From the human T2T-CHM13v2.0 reference genome, Homo sapiens, in assembly GCF_009914755.1 (NCBI RefSeq), contig NC_060930.1: a stretch of 64,000 nucleotides of DNA; one strand, given 5' to 3'. This document shows positions 42,774 through 55,165 of the stretch, piece by piece. The notes beneath the pieces were generated by a model, which was given only the letters and a program-made list of their open reading frames with translations, made no database searches and was not told where the DNA came from. Each line of letters begins with the position of its first letter. Positions within the stretch are counted from its first letter, which is position 1. A program made the translations under genes and the position numbers.

Positions 42774-43087
42774 GGCCAGGTGCAGTGGCTCATGCCTGTA
42801 ATCTCAGCACTTTAGGAGGCCAAGGTGGGAGAATTGCTTGAGCTCAGGAGTTCAAGACTAGCCTATGAAACATAGTGAGACCTTGTCTCTACTAAAATTT
42901 TTTTTAAAATTAGCTGGGCACTATGGCATGTGCCTGTAGGCCCAGTGACTCAGGAGGCTGAGGCAGGAGGATGCTTGAGCACAGGAGGTTGAAGCTACAG
43001 TGAGCTATGATCATGCCAGTGCACTTTAGCCTGGGCAACAGGGCCTGTCTCAGAAAAAAAAAAAAAAGAGAGAGACAGAGAAAAGAA
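42774..43087 (+). mobile_element. AluJ inserted in L1 3' region
   Basis: J-type 'gagctatgatc' right arm. L1 sequence resumes after the tail. Confidence 0.9.
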
Positions 43088-44199
43088 AAAGAAAGTATGG
43101 TACATAGTAACACCATGAAATCCTGTGCAGCTATAAAAAGAATGAAATCCTGTCCTTTGCAGCAACATGGATACAGCTGAAGATCATTATCCTAAATGAA
43201 TTAATACAGGAACAGAAAACCAAATACAGCATGTTCTCACTTACAAGTGGGAGCTAAACATTAAATACACATGGACACAAAGAGGGAATTGTTGTGGGTG
43301 GAGCATGGGAGGGGGGTGAGGCACTGTGCTTACTACCTGGTTGACAAATCATTTGTATATCAAACTCCTGAGACACTCAATCTACCCATGCAACAAACTT
43401 GCACATGTACCCCCCTTGAACCCAAAATAAAAGTTGAAAAAGAAAAAAAGATCACTCTTGAATTGCTGTTTCTGTTCTTCTGTTCTTGACATACTTATGT
43501 CTTAGCTTCATAATGAAGTATCAAAATGAAATGGCCAGGAAAATAATGACTGCAATTTTGCCAATGGTTTCTATGCTCCTTTGAGTGACTCATTGCTCCT
43601 TTGCAAAGCAGTGAGAAGAGAGAAGCATGGCTAAAAATCAATAAGGATTCTGATAACCTGGCTCAGAGTCTCAAAATTAGCCACATTCACCTTTCCCACC
43701 CTCATTCCTAACCCTCTTTTATATACTCTCCAGGATATGTGCACACTCTTGTGAAAATGTTAGGAAACAATTATACAAGTAAATACAATTCCTTTAATTA
43801 TATTTAACAACTAGAGTTGAGGGGATGCATTTGTTTATGGAACAAATTCCTCAGAATAAATTGGATTTTTAACTTGTCATTAAATCTATGGGGATTTAAA
43901 TTTGCTCACTCCTTAAAAGCAATCAGCTATTTCTAAGTATAAAAGGGAGAAAGCTACTAATAACACTTCTCAAATACAAGAGTGTGCAGATACTTTACTA
44001 TATAAGGCACAGCTTTTAAAATGGCATTATCTTTAACATAAATATATAGAAAAAGATGTGCTCAGAGCATCATAAGTCCCAAATATATCATCGCCTTGCT
44101 ATCACTAACATATAGGTATATTATATTCCTATAAGCACTTAATTTTTTTTCTTCCCTTGAAGTTTGATACTGCTGCATCTTAGGAAGCTGACCTTTCTT

Positions 44200-44560
44200 T
44201 TATGTTGTTTACTGATTATTCTAATCTAGTCCAAAAGCCTTTTCTAATCCCCCTTCCTCCAAATTCTTATGGCAGTTGTTACATATCTGAGTCTTCTGGC
44301 ATTTGTCATGTGCCATCTTAAGCTGTTAAGTAGGGCTTTTTTTTTTCATATGGCTATGTCTCATTTCCCCAACCACATTATAACCAATTCAGAAATGTTA
44401 TGAGTCTTTGACTCTTCCCAGTTTTTAACAAGGTGACTTGGGTGGGAATATAACATCCTAAAGGAAAGGGGCTTCATCTGATTTGTTTTCCATGATAACT
44501 CCCAGAACCCTAACCTGACACATAGCACACACTCAGTAAATAGTTATCAAATAAAAGAAT
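44200..44560 (+). mobile_element. L2 fragments
   Basis: cctgacacatagcacacactcagtaaatagtt, an L2 terminus. Confidence 0.5.
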
Positions 44561-45999
44561 AATTGTATTAATACTAGATGCTCAAGAGATGTTTGGTTAA
44601 AAACAGTACTACTAAATTACTATTAGATGGACCTCTGATTTTAATTAATTTTCCAATAGATGTGAGATTTTCATTAGGAACTCAAGACAAGCCCATGACT
44701 TTGTGGCCTAGGACTCCCTAGAATACATGAAAGACCCAAACATACACAAAAAGTAAAAATCACACTTTCTATTCCTGAGGAATCCATGCTTCATTTTAAC
44801 TTCTCAAGTATTGCAGCCTTCCTCTTATTACACTCTCTTCTTATCCAAGCATGCCTTTATAAGCAGATTAATCTTGCCAAAGATCAGGGCTGTTGTTTTA
44901 CACTGGAGTTTAAGCCATATCAATTTGCACAATGACACAGCAAATCAGGCATCCTCTTGCAGGAATTAGAACCAAGGAAAATCAAGCTTGTTGGTTTTGG
45001 TGTGTGTTCCAGGGGACAGGTATAGCAAGCACATCCCTAAGATCATCAACTCTCAGAGGTGCTCACTCAAAGAAGTTTTCCTCCACACTGAAATCCCTCC
45101 GTCTTATTCCTCCATTTAAATCGTATAGTTTAATGTGAGACTGTCTGCTATAATGAGACTCTTCACTTTGCAAGCTACAATTTCTGAAGAAGTCTGGTGG
45201 TTCATGCTGCTCTTTCCTGTTTGTTTTTCTGAAACAAAACAAAACAGAAATAAATCACCAGACTTCTCCAGTAGTAGAATTACTAGAAAGATTTTCTTCC
45301 ATGTGCTACAAGGAAGTGCCTCGCAGTGGGATCCTGCTCCAAACCTACTTTCAGAACCCCCACGAATACGAAGAGGAACCACAGTTCTTCCATTCTGATT
45401 TTTGGTTGTTATCCCATGGCAGCACCGAGTACATACTGACTTAAATCAGCAGAACCTTCTGTGTTTGCTTGTGAGAGGGGTTCTCATACCACCTCAGTGG
45501 CTTGAACTCCAAGAAGTGACAGCTGCAAGGCCATAAGAGTGTGTGTTCATGATGAACTTTGATCATCAGCCATATTACAGGCAACTTTCTCTGACTCACT
45601 GAGTATTTGGTGCATGAGAAAATAAATTGGCGCCTGGAACACAAATCAAGAACGAGTGCAATTTTCTGGGGATTACAACTAAGGATTTGTGGGATTAAAT
45701 TTCTAGTGCAAAAAAAATCTACCTTGGTATACATTGTCCAAATGAAGTCATTTGCTTTCCTGAACAAGTTGCTATTTTATTTCTCTTTAGAAACAAAACA
45801 TTTCATGCATTGGCTGTTTAAAATAAGTAATAAGTAATAAGACAAAATTAAGGACATTTTAAAACAGAAACAGTAGAAAACTAAACTTGATGAGGTTTCT
45901 TAAATAGGTCACATGTATTCAACATTTATATTTAACTGGTAGATTTTGGTTAAGTGATATATATATTTTGACACACTCTACTTTCAAAGGAAAACTTCA

Positions 46000-46705
46000 G
46001 ATCTTGCTCCCAGACTCTCTCTCATTCCTGATTTCTGTATTTCCACCACCTCTACCAGACACCTGGATTTAAAGCCACAGTCCACCTCAAAGCCTTCCTC
46101 TCACCTGACCCCCGCTTCTAATCATCTTCCAAATCTGGTAGATTCTACCACTCCATGTCTCACACATAGAATATTAGCATAACCATATAACCTAAGTCAT
46201 GCTTCACATGAATCCACTCTGCCCAAAACCTTTTAGTTCTTTATTAGTGCCATGTGAGCTGCATACAAACTCATACATCAGGTATTAAGGGGCCTTTTCA
46301 ATTGGGCCAGTGTACATTTTCAGCCTTACTTCTCACCACTGTAATCTGGTCCCAGTAACAGTAAAACCATAAGGCCTTAAGCCACATGCCTCTGTGCTTA
46401 GTAACCCTTTGCTCATTCTGTTGTCTCAAGCTAAAAGGTCTCCCGCCACTTTCCCCAGGAAATCTTCTGAGAGCATCTTGACCAGACATATCCTTTCTCT
46501 TGAAGCTCAGTGTGACGCTTTGGCATCTCTCGACCAGAAATCCTTGCAGTTATTTATTAATTGAATGTCCACTTTGCCCCTACTAAGTTGTTTCTCATGT
46601 GGGTTGAAACATATCTTACTCATGCTCAAAGCCCCTATGGTAGCCAGAGCACTGCCTTGCACAGAGTAAGAGCTCAGCGTGCTCTAAAAATACGTAGTTT
46701 CTGTC
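46000..46705 (+). mobile_element. Diverged L2
   Basis: Pyrimidine-rich body ending gcactgccttgcacagagtaagagctcag. Confidence 0.5.
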
Positions 46706-46969
46706 TAAAGAAGATACTATTGATTGAGTTACAGCATCATGGTTCCCTTTATTATACCAATTACTTTCAAACTCAAAAAAATGTCTGTTAGCCTCAAATG
46801 TCATCATGGAAGGTAGTAATAGCGCCTCTTGGAAACAATAGTCAACAGGTAATCCTTGACCATTGGCCCATACTACACACTTCATTGCAAGACATTTCAG
46901 TCATTGGTTTAAAATACTGCTAGCTCCAGGTCAAGGATGATTACAATAAATTATTTAGTTGCTATTGGT

Positions 46970-46970
<1 letters not shown>

Positions 46971-47014
<44 letters not shown>

Positions 47015-47025
47015 CAGACAGATAG
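46971..47025. repeat. Tetranucleotide STR (TAGA)11(CAGA)2
   Basis: Counted directly from sequence. Confidence 0.95.
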
Positions 47026-47289
47026 CTAGATATAGTGATATAAAGAAACCTGAAAAAAGTAGCATCTATTGTTTTTAGAAGAACTATTCTTAGGACATTG
47101 ACATTTGGTATGTGACAAAAACAAAAAATTTGTTATTGGCTTAAGAACTGCTTCTCTAAAGTGAAAATAATATGAGAGGCAGGATGAGCATGATGGGTTT
47201 TTGTTGCTAATGTTGTTGTGTGTTATATGATGTCCCCAAAGTAACTGATACTCAATTATAATGTTCAGCTTTGGAGTTTTATGGTGGGT

Positions 47290-47860
47290 ATGTCAGTATA
47301 TGGTGGGTATTCAGCTCCAAACAATGGAACCCTCAACTAAAAGTGACTTAAAAAGTAAGGACACTTATTATCTAACATAACAGGAAGTAGACAAGCTCCT
47401 CAAATCTGATGAATTCAGCGACAAAATAATATTACTGAGATTCCAGGGATTCAGGCTCCTACTATATTTCTGCTCTGCCATCTACAGACTGCACCATCAT
47501 ACAGCTTATTCCTCTTGAACTTGCTGCTAGTAACATCTGAGGCTGCATGCTTCCTTGTTCATATCCAGTGGGACAGGATGAACAGGGCCTCATCCTGAAG
47601 AAGTCTCTCCTTTCACTCTGTTTGGCCAGTTTAGCTCAACTTCCTACCTCAGGACAAGCAGCTCATCAAAACACCAGGCACCCATTTGCTTAGGCTTAGA
47701 TTTCTAGAATAATGCCTAAAATGAGGATAGAATTTCCATGATTGGCTATGACTGATTAATACTATTTTAGGGGAAGCGTAAATTACCAAAATCATACTAA
47801 TACTCTAAACACATGAAGAACGGAAGGATGGAATGGATACTGCGGAGCAATTAATAACTG
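47290..47860 (-). mobile_element. Ancient MLT1-type MaLR LTR
   Basis: agtgacttaaaaagtaagg...acataacaggaagt...tttctgctctgccatc. Confidence 0.5.
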
Positions 47861-48029
47861 CAAATATGGACTGGCATTATTGTTCAAATAATGAAGAGGA
47901 CTGACTTCAAGAAACTACAATTTTTTAAATATAAAAATTTAATGGATTTCTACATTTATTGAGTGAGATTTTGTCATAAACAGGTACTGACATTTCCCCT
48001 ACAGAATCATCCCCAATGAAGAAATGTGA

Positions 48030-48162
48030 CATATTTAATGTAGATTGTAAATTCTATGAAGTCAGGGACCATGTTGGTCTTCCTCAGTGCTCTCTGAAGC
48101 TTAGAAGAGGGCCTGGCACAGATGAGATGTTCAAAAACCTTTTCTGCTTGAACAAATAAAGA
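48030..48162 (+). mobile_element. L2 3' end
   Basis: tagattgtaaattctatgaagtcagggaccatgt...gcctggcacaga. Confidence 0.7.
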
Positions 48163-48727
48163 TAACAATAACTTTCATTAAACAATGGACACTTGCATTA
48201 GAACAGGGTATCACACTGAGGAGGAGGGCTGGGTGCCAGATTAATTTAACTATAAAAGGTATCAAAAGAAAGTTTTCACAAGCCAAACTAACACCATAGA
48301 CAAAAACCACCTAGTAAGTGCCTGCTATGCTCCAAGCCAAAGATTTTCTAGAACCCTAGCAAATATCCATGACAATGTCATAGTGAAAGAAATATAATTC
48401 TATCTTTGTTTTTAAAGAAGGTAGCACTCAAACCACTTCCAATTATGTTTGTGTGAAAGCTGACAATTTGAACCATAAACGCTGCTTTGATGTGGCATCT
48501 GGCAAGTGTAATGTTCTCTTCTCATAAGGTCTTCTATCAGAAGCCACTTTAGATATTCCCAGAGAGACACTGCACAGGACCACAGATAAACCAGACAAAA
48601 TGTGTTCTTCTGGATTTCCCTATAGTTTAAATATATATATAAAGAGATTAAGCCAAAGTTGTTCCCCTCTGAGCCATCATCTTTCTGCAGACTTTCTGGA
48701 TAAATGTGGCCCAGCTGTCTCACTGAC

Positions 48728-48816
48728 CTTGCAGGACACTGGAACTTCCCGCTTCCAAATGCCATGAAGCAGTCCAAGAAAGAGTGCTTCTCTAAATTTG
48801 CCTTTTTCCAACGTTC
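48728..48816 (-). CDS. CYP39A1: CYP39A1 coding exon (exon 10), 89 nt: ERWKKANLEKHSFLDCFMAFGSGKFQCPA(R), heme-binding exon
   Basis: Acceptor ttttcttcccacag|GAA, donor AAG|gtcagt. The PERW motif is completed across the exon 9/10 junction. Contains the FxxGxxxC heme-ligand motif. Confidence 0.98.
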
Positions 48817-49684
48817 CTGTGGGAAGAAAACATTTTTTTTTCCAAATCAGCCTTATATAAATAAGCTTAACTTTATTTCTCTAGGCTAAAAATGACCTTG
48901 TACAGCTAATCCTTGCATATAAAGTTGCAGGGTTGTTGGTAATTTTTTCCACCCTGTTATTAATATTAGACACAATTGTGTTTCTGGAACATGAACTTAT
49001 AAATAAAAAGGTTTTTAAAAAATTCTGTTAAGTGGTAAATGTAAATGATAAGGTAAATCAACCACAGAATTGACCTAAGAAGAGGAAGAATATTTATAAT
49101 AAGGTCTCAGGCTCCGTCATAAAATTGCTCTTGGTAATAAATTTAGTAGTAAGACACTGACATCCCTGCCTGTTAGAAAAAGCTTGGGATGCAGAATGAA
49201 TGCATCTGGATGCCATTTTTGACAGTTTTACCTAAAGGCAGAGAACAGACTAAATGACCTCTTAACATTCTGTTCGGCCCTGTAACTTTCCAGTTCTAAG
49301 AAACAGCAGATCACAGTTTTAATTTGCTTTATTTGTATTTTTTTGTACTCCTTGGAAACCAATGACAGAAGCAATTGCCTGAAGAACATGAAATAAGTCT
49401 TCTATCAAAAACAGGCTTATTCACTTGAACATGCCCTTCTGGTTTCATGTAAAATGTATTTTAAAGTTAGAGAAGTTTACTACAAAAACTTTTCTAACTG
49501 ATTTGTAAATGTTGCACTATCTATATTGCAAATCTGTTCTGTACTTTGTAGTCAACTTTGTTCTTAGTTACGAGAGAAATATGGCTGCTTAATTATATAG
49601 TCCTAATTAATTTCTGAATTTACCCTTCTGAAATAAAAAGAAATTAAAATGAAAGAATAATATATACTGAAAGAGATAACTTAC

Positions 49685-49780
49685 AGGTTTGAACAATTCA
49701 GGCTCAGGAAAATACTTTGGATTTCTATGCAGCCAAAATGGAGACAACATCAACAAGTCACCAGAAGGAATGATGTAATT
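49685..49780 (-). CDS. CYP39A1: CYP39A1 coding exon (exon 9), 96 nt: NYIIPSGDLLMLSPFWLHRNPKYFPEPELFKP
   Basis: Acceptor tttttctgttatag|AAT, donor CCT|gtaagt, phase 0-0. Typical P450 'HRNPKYFPEPE.F.P' segment. Absent from the ORF track, found by manual translation. Confidence 0.97.
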
Positions 49781-49980
49781 CTATAACAGAAAAATCAGCT
49801 GCAAATCATTTTTTTGAAATATACTTTAAAGAGAATTTGGGCCACTAAAAATGATGCTACAATTATATTGTGGTGAAGATATACCTTTTATAATTGAATG
49901 TGAGAAAATCTAATTTTTAATATCTATATAATTATATAATATCTAATTATAAATAATATAAAATCTAATAATATAGTATC

Positions 49981-50079
49981 TATATAATTCTGATTTCCAT
50001 ATACATATATTTGGTTACATAGAGGAAATTATATAATTCTGATTCACATGTACATATATTCAGTTATATGGAAGGAAAT
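49981..50079. repeat. Diverged ~49-bp tandem duplication
   Basis: Two copies starting TATATAATTCTGATT at 49981 and 50030. Confidence 0.8.
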
Positions 50080-50821
50080 ATTAGCTAAATGTCAAAATTT
50101 TAGAAACTAGTATAAGTCCCTTCTAATGTACCTTTTGATGTTTGATATTAGGGTTTGTGGCCAGAGTTCTTGAAGGCAGAAACTACAGTGGAGGCTCAGG
50201 TTATGAAACAGAAAAATTGGACTCTGAGACAGGGACAACGGCCATGGTAGCACTGAGAAGAGGGGCAGAGGATGTCCTGTTCTTGTGGATACTAATGACA
50301 GTGTTAGAGCAGGGGCAGTGGACTTTTCTTTCCTCAGTCCAGCACCAGTTATTAGGAAAGAAACAAATGAAAAACGACTGGTTAGGAAGACACAGGAAAA
50401 GGCAAGTGTTGTGTATTTGTTTGGTTGGGTTTGTGTTTGGGGTCACAGTGCTTGTGGAAATGAGGATAAACAATGTGTTTCCTCAGGTAGTCTACATTAT
50501 CCTTCCTGATTCATATGACAACAGATTTTCATGATCTATAAACTATACAAAGAACTAAAACCCATTTCACAAAATCTCCCTATCATCACCATGTTCAGGA
50601 ATCACAGGACAAAGAGATCTCCCAAGTTTTATAATTGCTAGATAGCTACCAACTTTACTAAGGTAGAGATATTTTATTAGGTAATTCCCACTGCCCATCA
50701 TCATAAGCCACATCTATTTAACCGTGTATAATTTTGAAATGTCCTCAAGATATTTGAAAAACTTTTACTTTAGGTTTACTTATCCAAAGCATAAACACCT
50801 TACAATTAAAAACATGTCTTC

Positions 50822-51112
50822 TGCTGGGTGTGGTGGCTCATGCCTGTAATCCTAGCACTTTGGGAGGCCTTGGTCGGAGGATCCTTTGAGCTCAGGAGTT
50901 TGAGACCAGCCTAGGCAACATAGGAAGACCTTGTCTCTACAAAAAAATGAAAAATATTAGCTGGGGATGATGGTGCACCTGTAGTCTCAGCTACTTGGGT
51001 GGTTGAGACAGGAGGATTGCTTGAGCCCAGGAGGTTGAGGGTACAGTGAGCTATGATTGTGCCACTGTACTCTAGCCTGGGAGACAGAGTGACATTCTGT
51101 CTCGAAGAAAAA
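50822..51112 (+). mobile_element. AluJ
   Basis: J-type diagnostics. TSD TAAAAA(C/T)ATGTCTT. Confidence 0.92.
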
Positions 51113-52214
51113 TAAAAATATGTCTTTTACTGGTAGCTATGAGTGGAGTATGGGTAGGGATGTCATCATTTTTTTAACCCAGGAGAACCCCTGTTGGCTC
51201 TAGTGGCAGCTGAGTATTGCTTGAGATTTGGCAATTTCAGAACTGGGAGAGCTGGAGAGACTCAAATCCAAGACTGGGAAGACAGTGAAGCTTTTGCAGG
51301 TACCTTCTATCATTTTAAAATAGAGAGACCTGTGAGATCCCAATCCTGTCTGTTTTACTTCCATTGGAACTGAGGCTAGAGAGGTCATTACTGACTCTGG
51401 AATCAGCCACAGAGGGCCGTGATGTGTATTTGAGAGCAGGGTTGGGGGCAGCACAGGGATGGGCCTTCAGTCAGGACAACCACAGCCCTTCCCCTTCCCA
51501 CCGCAAAGTCCTCTTAAGTTGCTGTTGACCTGTGATCATGACTTGGAGGCTGCTGACTGTTGTAGCCTATAAAGCAGGTTAGCAAAGGGAGGAGAACTTC
51601 ATACAGGTCCTCAGTAACAGAATTACCACTAGCAACAGGGAGGAGACAAGAAAGAGGTGCCTGTTGCAGCAGCAGCAACTGCCAGACTGATAAATAGCAT
51701 GAAGGAATGAATGCTGGAGCTGGTTCTGTCAAGAAACCCTCTGAGCAAGCAGACATCATCACGCCCAGCCTAAACAGTCCCTATCTTTACTTACATGACA
51801 GATGAAGTGAAAGATCAAGAGGGAGGCAAAACAGTTGCAGAATGAGAACACAGATCACTAGCAAAGGGAAGCTACAACTTCTGTGTGTTGCAAGAACTGC
51901 ATCTCTCAGGTAGACAGAATTGAGCCTGGCCAGCCCACCTCACCTGGATGGTGTGAAGCCAAAACAAGCTTCATCTGATAATCTAGAAGTGGGGCTTTCT
52001 TTAAAAAAGGAAGAGAAGGCAGGACTCTGTGTTGTAATTCAAGAAAGGTGCTCAGAGCTAAGTGGGTGCCAGGAATACATAATCTTAAAGAGAAAGGAGG
52101 AGTCCAGAGGCAACACATCTATAGCAGGAGGTCTAAAGCACACAGCCTTTTCTCCTAGCTTTCAACCAGAGGCTTGGTTGGTGTTTGTGCCGAAAAAAAA
52201 TAAAAACAAAATAA

Positions 52215-53620
52215 GTATTTTTTAAATTAAAGAGTATATTCTTTTGTATGATAAAAACTTATCTCTACAAAAAGTTTGGAAAATTCTGAAAAGCAGAAAA
52301 ACTAGAAAAGAAAATCCAGAGTTCTGACACCCAAAGACAGTCATTAACTAGCTAGATTTCTTTCCAGTATGTTTACTTAGTATTAATAGGAGATATTTTG
52401 TTGTTGTTAAACTTTAAACATAGTTTTGATCCTCCTGAATAACCAATTTAATCTTTCTTAGTTCTCTTAACTTCATAACCTGTTTTCCCTTTTTATTGTA
52501 TATTCATGGTGAATATTTCTTCCTCCAATGACTGTTTAATCTTCCATTGGGTACATTAAACAATAATTAATGTAATCATTCCCTACTTTTTTTCCTGTGG
52601 TAAATAGTGCCACCATAAGCACTTTCTTCCACACAGCATTTTTCCACATAGATTCTGTTAACACAGATGTTCAGATGACACAGGACATGCATATTTTAAG
52701 GCTATAAATGCATGTTATTCAACTGTTTCCTCAAATTTTGTAGCAAAATATATTTCTAACTATAATTTATGAGAATGTAAGTTTCATTACCCTTTTATCT
52801 GTAATCTAACATTTCTAATGGTTGTTTTAGGTTTACATTTTTATGTTTTTACATTTACATTTTTATGTTTGAGAGTTTTTCCATTTATTTTATCCTATAA
52901 ACTTTTATGTTCTGTCCTGATTAACCTATGTGACACTCATTCTTATTGATTTGTGTCAGTTCTTTAAATATTAAAATTATTTATAGTTGTGTTGTATATT
53001 GATGTTTACATTATATTCACATTTGAGTTACACTTTTAAAAAATGAGACATTAAATTTTGCTATGGTACATTCAAATCTGTTTATCCTTTTTGTGGCTTC
53101 ATTGATTAATCTTAAAATCAGGCAGTCCTCTTCTTTTTATAAAATAAATATAGTTAATGTTTTAGAAAACTATGTATCATGTTAGCATGTAAGAGGTTTT
53201 TGTTATTTTAAATGAATCACCAAATTAATATTTTAACAATTTCTCAGTTTAAATTTAAAATATAGCTAATATTGATAGATTTAAAATAGACATAGACAAA
53301 AACTCTTTGGGATCTTCAATAATTCTGAAGAGTGTGATGGGATCATGAAACCAAAAAGTTTGAGAACTTCTACTTAAGAAGTTTAAAAAAAACCCACTTT
53401 TAGTCAGTCATCCCAAGCCACATATTAATTTCTTCCCTTTACATTGATTTATTAAAAGAGTCACTTATCCTACATTAAATTATTATGTATAAGGAAGCTA
53501 ATTCTTTGTTATCTTTCCAGTTATTTCTATTGATCTGAACATCTGGTCTGACACCGGGATCATAACATTTTAATTCTTTTGGCTTTATAACAGGTTTTAA
53601 AGGATAATTAATATTTCTCA
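52215..53620 (-). mobile_element. Very old L1 (L1ME-like) fragments with an embedded hAT-Charlie-type piece (~53200-53375)
   Basis: T-rich reverse L1-like blocks. aaactctttgggatcttcaataat...ccaaaaagtttgagaact resembles a Charlie terminus. Confidence 0.5.
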
Positions 53621-54308
53621 ATTACTCATCTTTTCCAATACTCTTTTTTGTTACTCTTTTCTGGATATTCTTGAAGATAAACTTTTCTACTAAACATATA
53701 AAACCTTGAAAAGAGAACACAGGTAGAAGTTTCAGAGTTTTAGAAAGGTAGCATAATAAAGAGAAAGAAAGAATGCAGTAAATCCAAGAAAGTAGAGAGT
53801 GTTCGTCCATTTCAATTCATTCCATTTCCAGGAAAGGGCACAGAGGCAAAAGCAAACAAAGAGAGCCTGTTCGAACTACCTTAGGGAAGGGTGGTGGGAG
53901 AATACTTCTAGTATGCATAAAAAGGAACATTGACCAGTTGCCCAACAGAGGAGAAAATATGAGCCTCTGTCATTACTCAACATAGATAAGCCCATGTGAA
54001 ATGTGTTTTAAAATACAAATTTCTGGGAACATATCGTTAAACTTCAGTTCAGCAAAAACATTCCACCTGTTTTTGAAAACATATGAATCTTGAAAGAACC
54101 AAATTGTATGAATTTATACTAAGGAAATAATTAGTAATGTATACAAGGATTTAGCTAAAAGGATGTTCATCTTCACACTGTTTATAGAAGTGAAAAATTG
54201 GAAGCCACATACATATGCAAGAACAGGGACTAGTTTAAAAATGTATACTATATCCATATATTAGATGACTTTGCTACCAATTCAAAATTGTGTAGATGTG
54301 TTTTATTA

Positions 54309-54602
<294 letters not shown>

Positions 54603-55060
54603 TTACCACATTAACATAACCACAAAGTAAAACAATCTAAATTCTGAAGAGTCAAAAACTACTAAATATTTATGCTTTCAAGAAAATGGACTATTATGTG
54701 ACCACTGAAATAAATGTGAAAACTCTCTAGATGCATAAAAAGTGAAGAATTAGTGTTAAAAAAATTTTAATGACAGATTTACACTATGCTGAAACTTTGG
54801 TTTCTATATTAATGTCATACAAAGAGAATATTAGATAGTTGCGGTAGTACATTTAAGAGGTTGTGCAGATGGGGTATTGTGCATGCAAGAGTATACATCT
54901 GTGTGCATGTGTTTGAGCATGGGTATCTCTTCTGGCAAAGTTGTCAAAATAAGTAAAATTACTTTTGAAAGAATATGGGAGGTTAATAGCCCCAACAAAA
55001 GTTACAACTCCCTTTATAACATAATCCTGACTAATACATGAGGTTAAAAGACCGTGGAAG

Positions 55061-55165
55061 AGCTACTTGTAGGTTGTAGTGAGCTGAGATTGTGTCACTG
55101 CACTCCAGCCTTGGTGACAGAGACCCTGTCTCAAAAAAATTAAAATAAAATAAAAATAAATAAAA
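55061..55165 (+). mobile_element. Alu right-arm 3' fragment with A-rich tail
   Basis: aggttgtagtgagctgagattgtgtcactgcactccagcc...tctcaaaaaaa. Confidence 0.85.

Larger units (their letters stand above)
36497..43446 (+). mobile_element. Full-length degraded LINE-1 (L1PA15/L1PA16-like), antisense to CYP39A1
   Basis: 5' end gggagccaagatggccaactaga, ORF1 remnant (38251-38802), ORF2 EN/RT remnants, L1PA16-type 3' end with AATAAA and A tail. Degenerate TSD AAAATCACTGTTAATT / AAAGATCACTCTTGAATT. Confidence 0.93.

Noticed and set aside
45901-45911. Match to the ROR response element WAWNTRGGTCA (TAAATAGGTCA)
   Set aside because: Roughly 1-2 matches are expected by chance in 64 kb of this composition. 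It needs ChIP or conservation evidence.
48412-48727. ORF read-through from exon 10 into intron 10
   Set aside because: Intronic sequence past a valid donor. P450 similarity ends at CPAR.
50142-50534. 130-aa plus-strand ORF between exons 8 and 9
   Set aside because: Non-ATG start, no recognisable homology and no convincing splice context.
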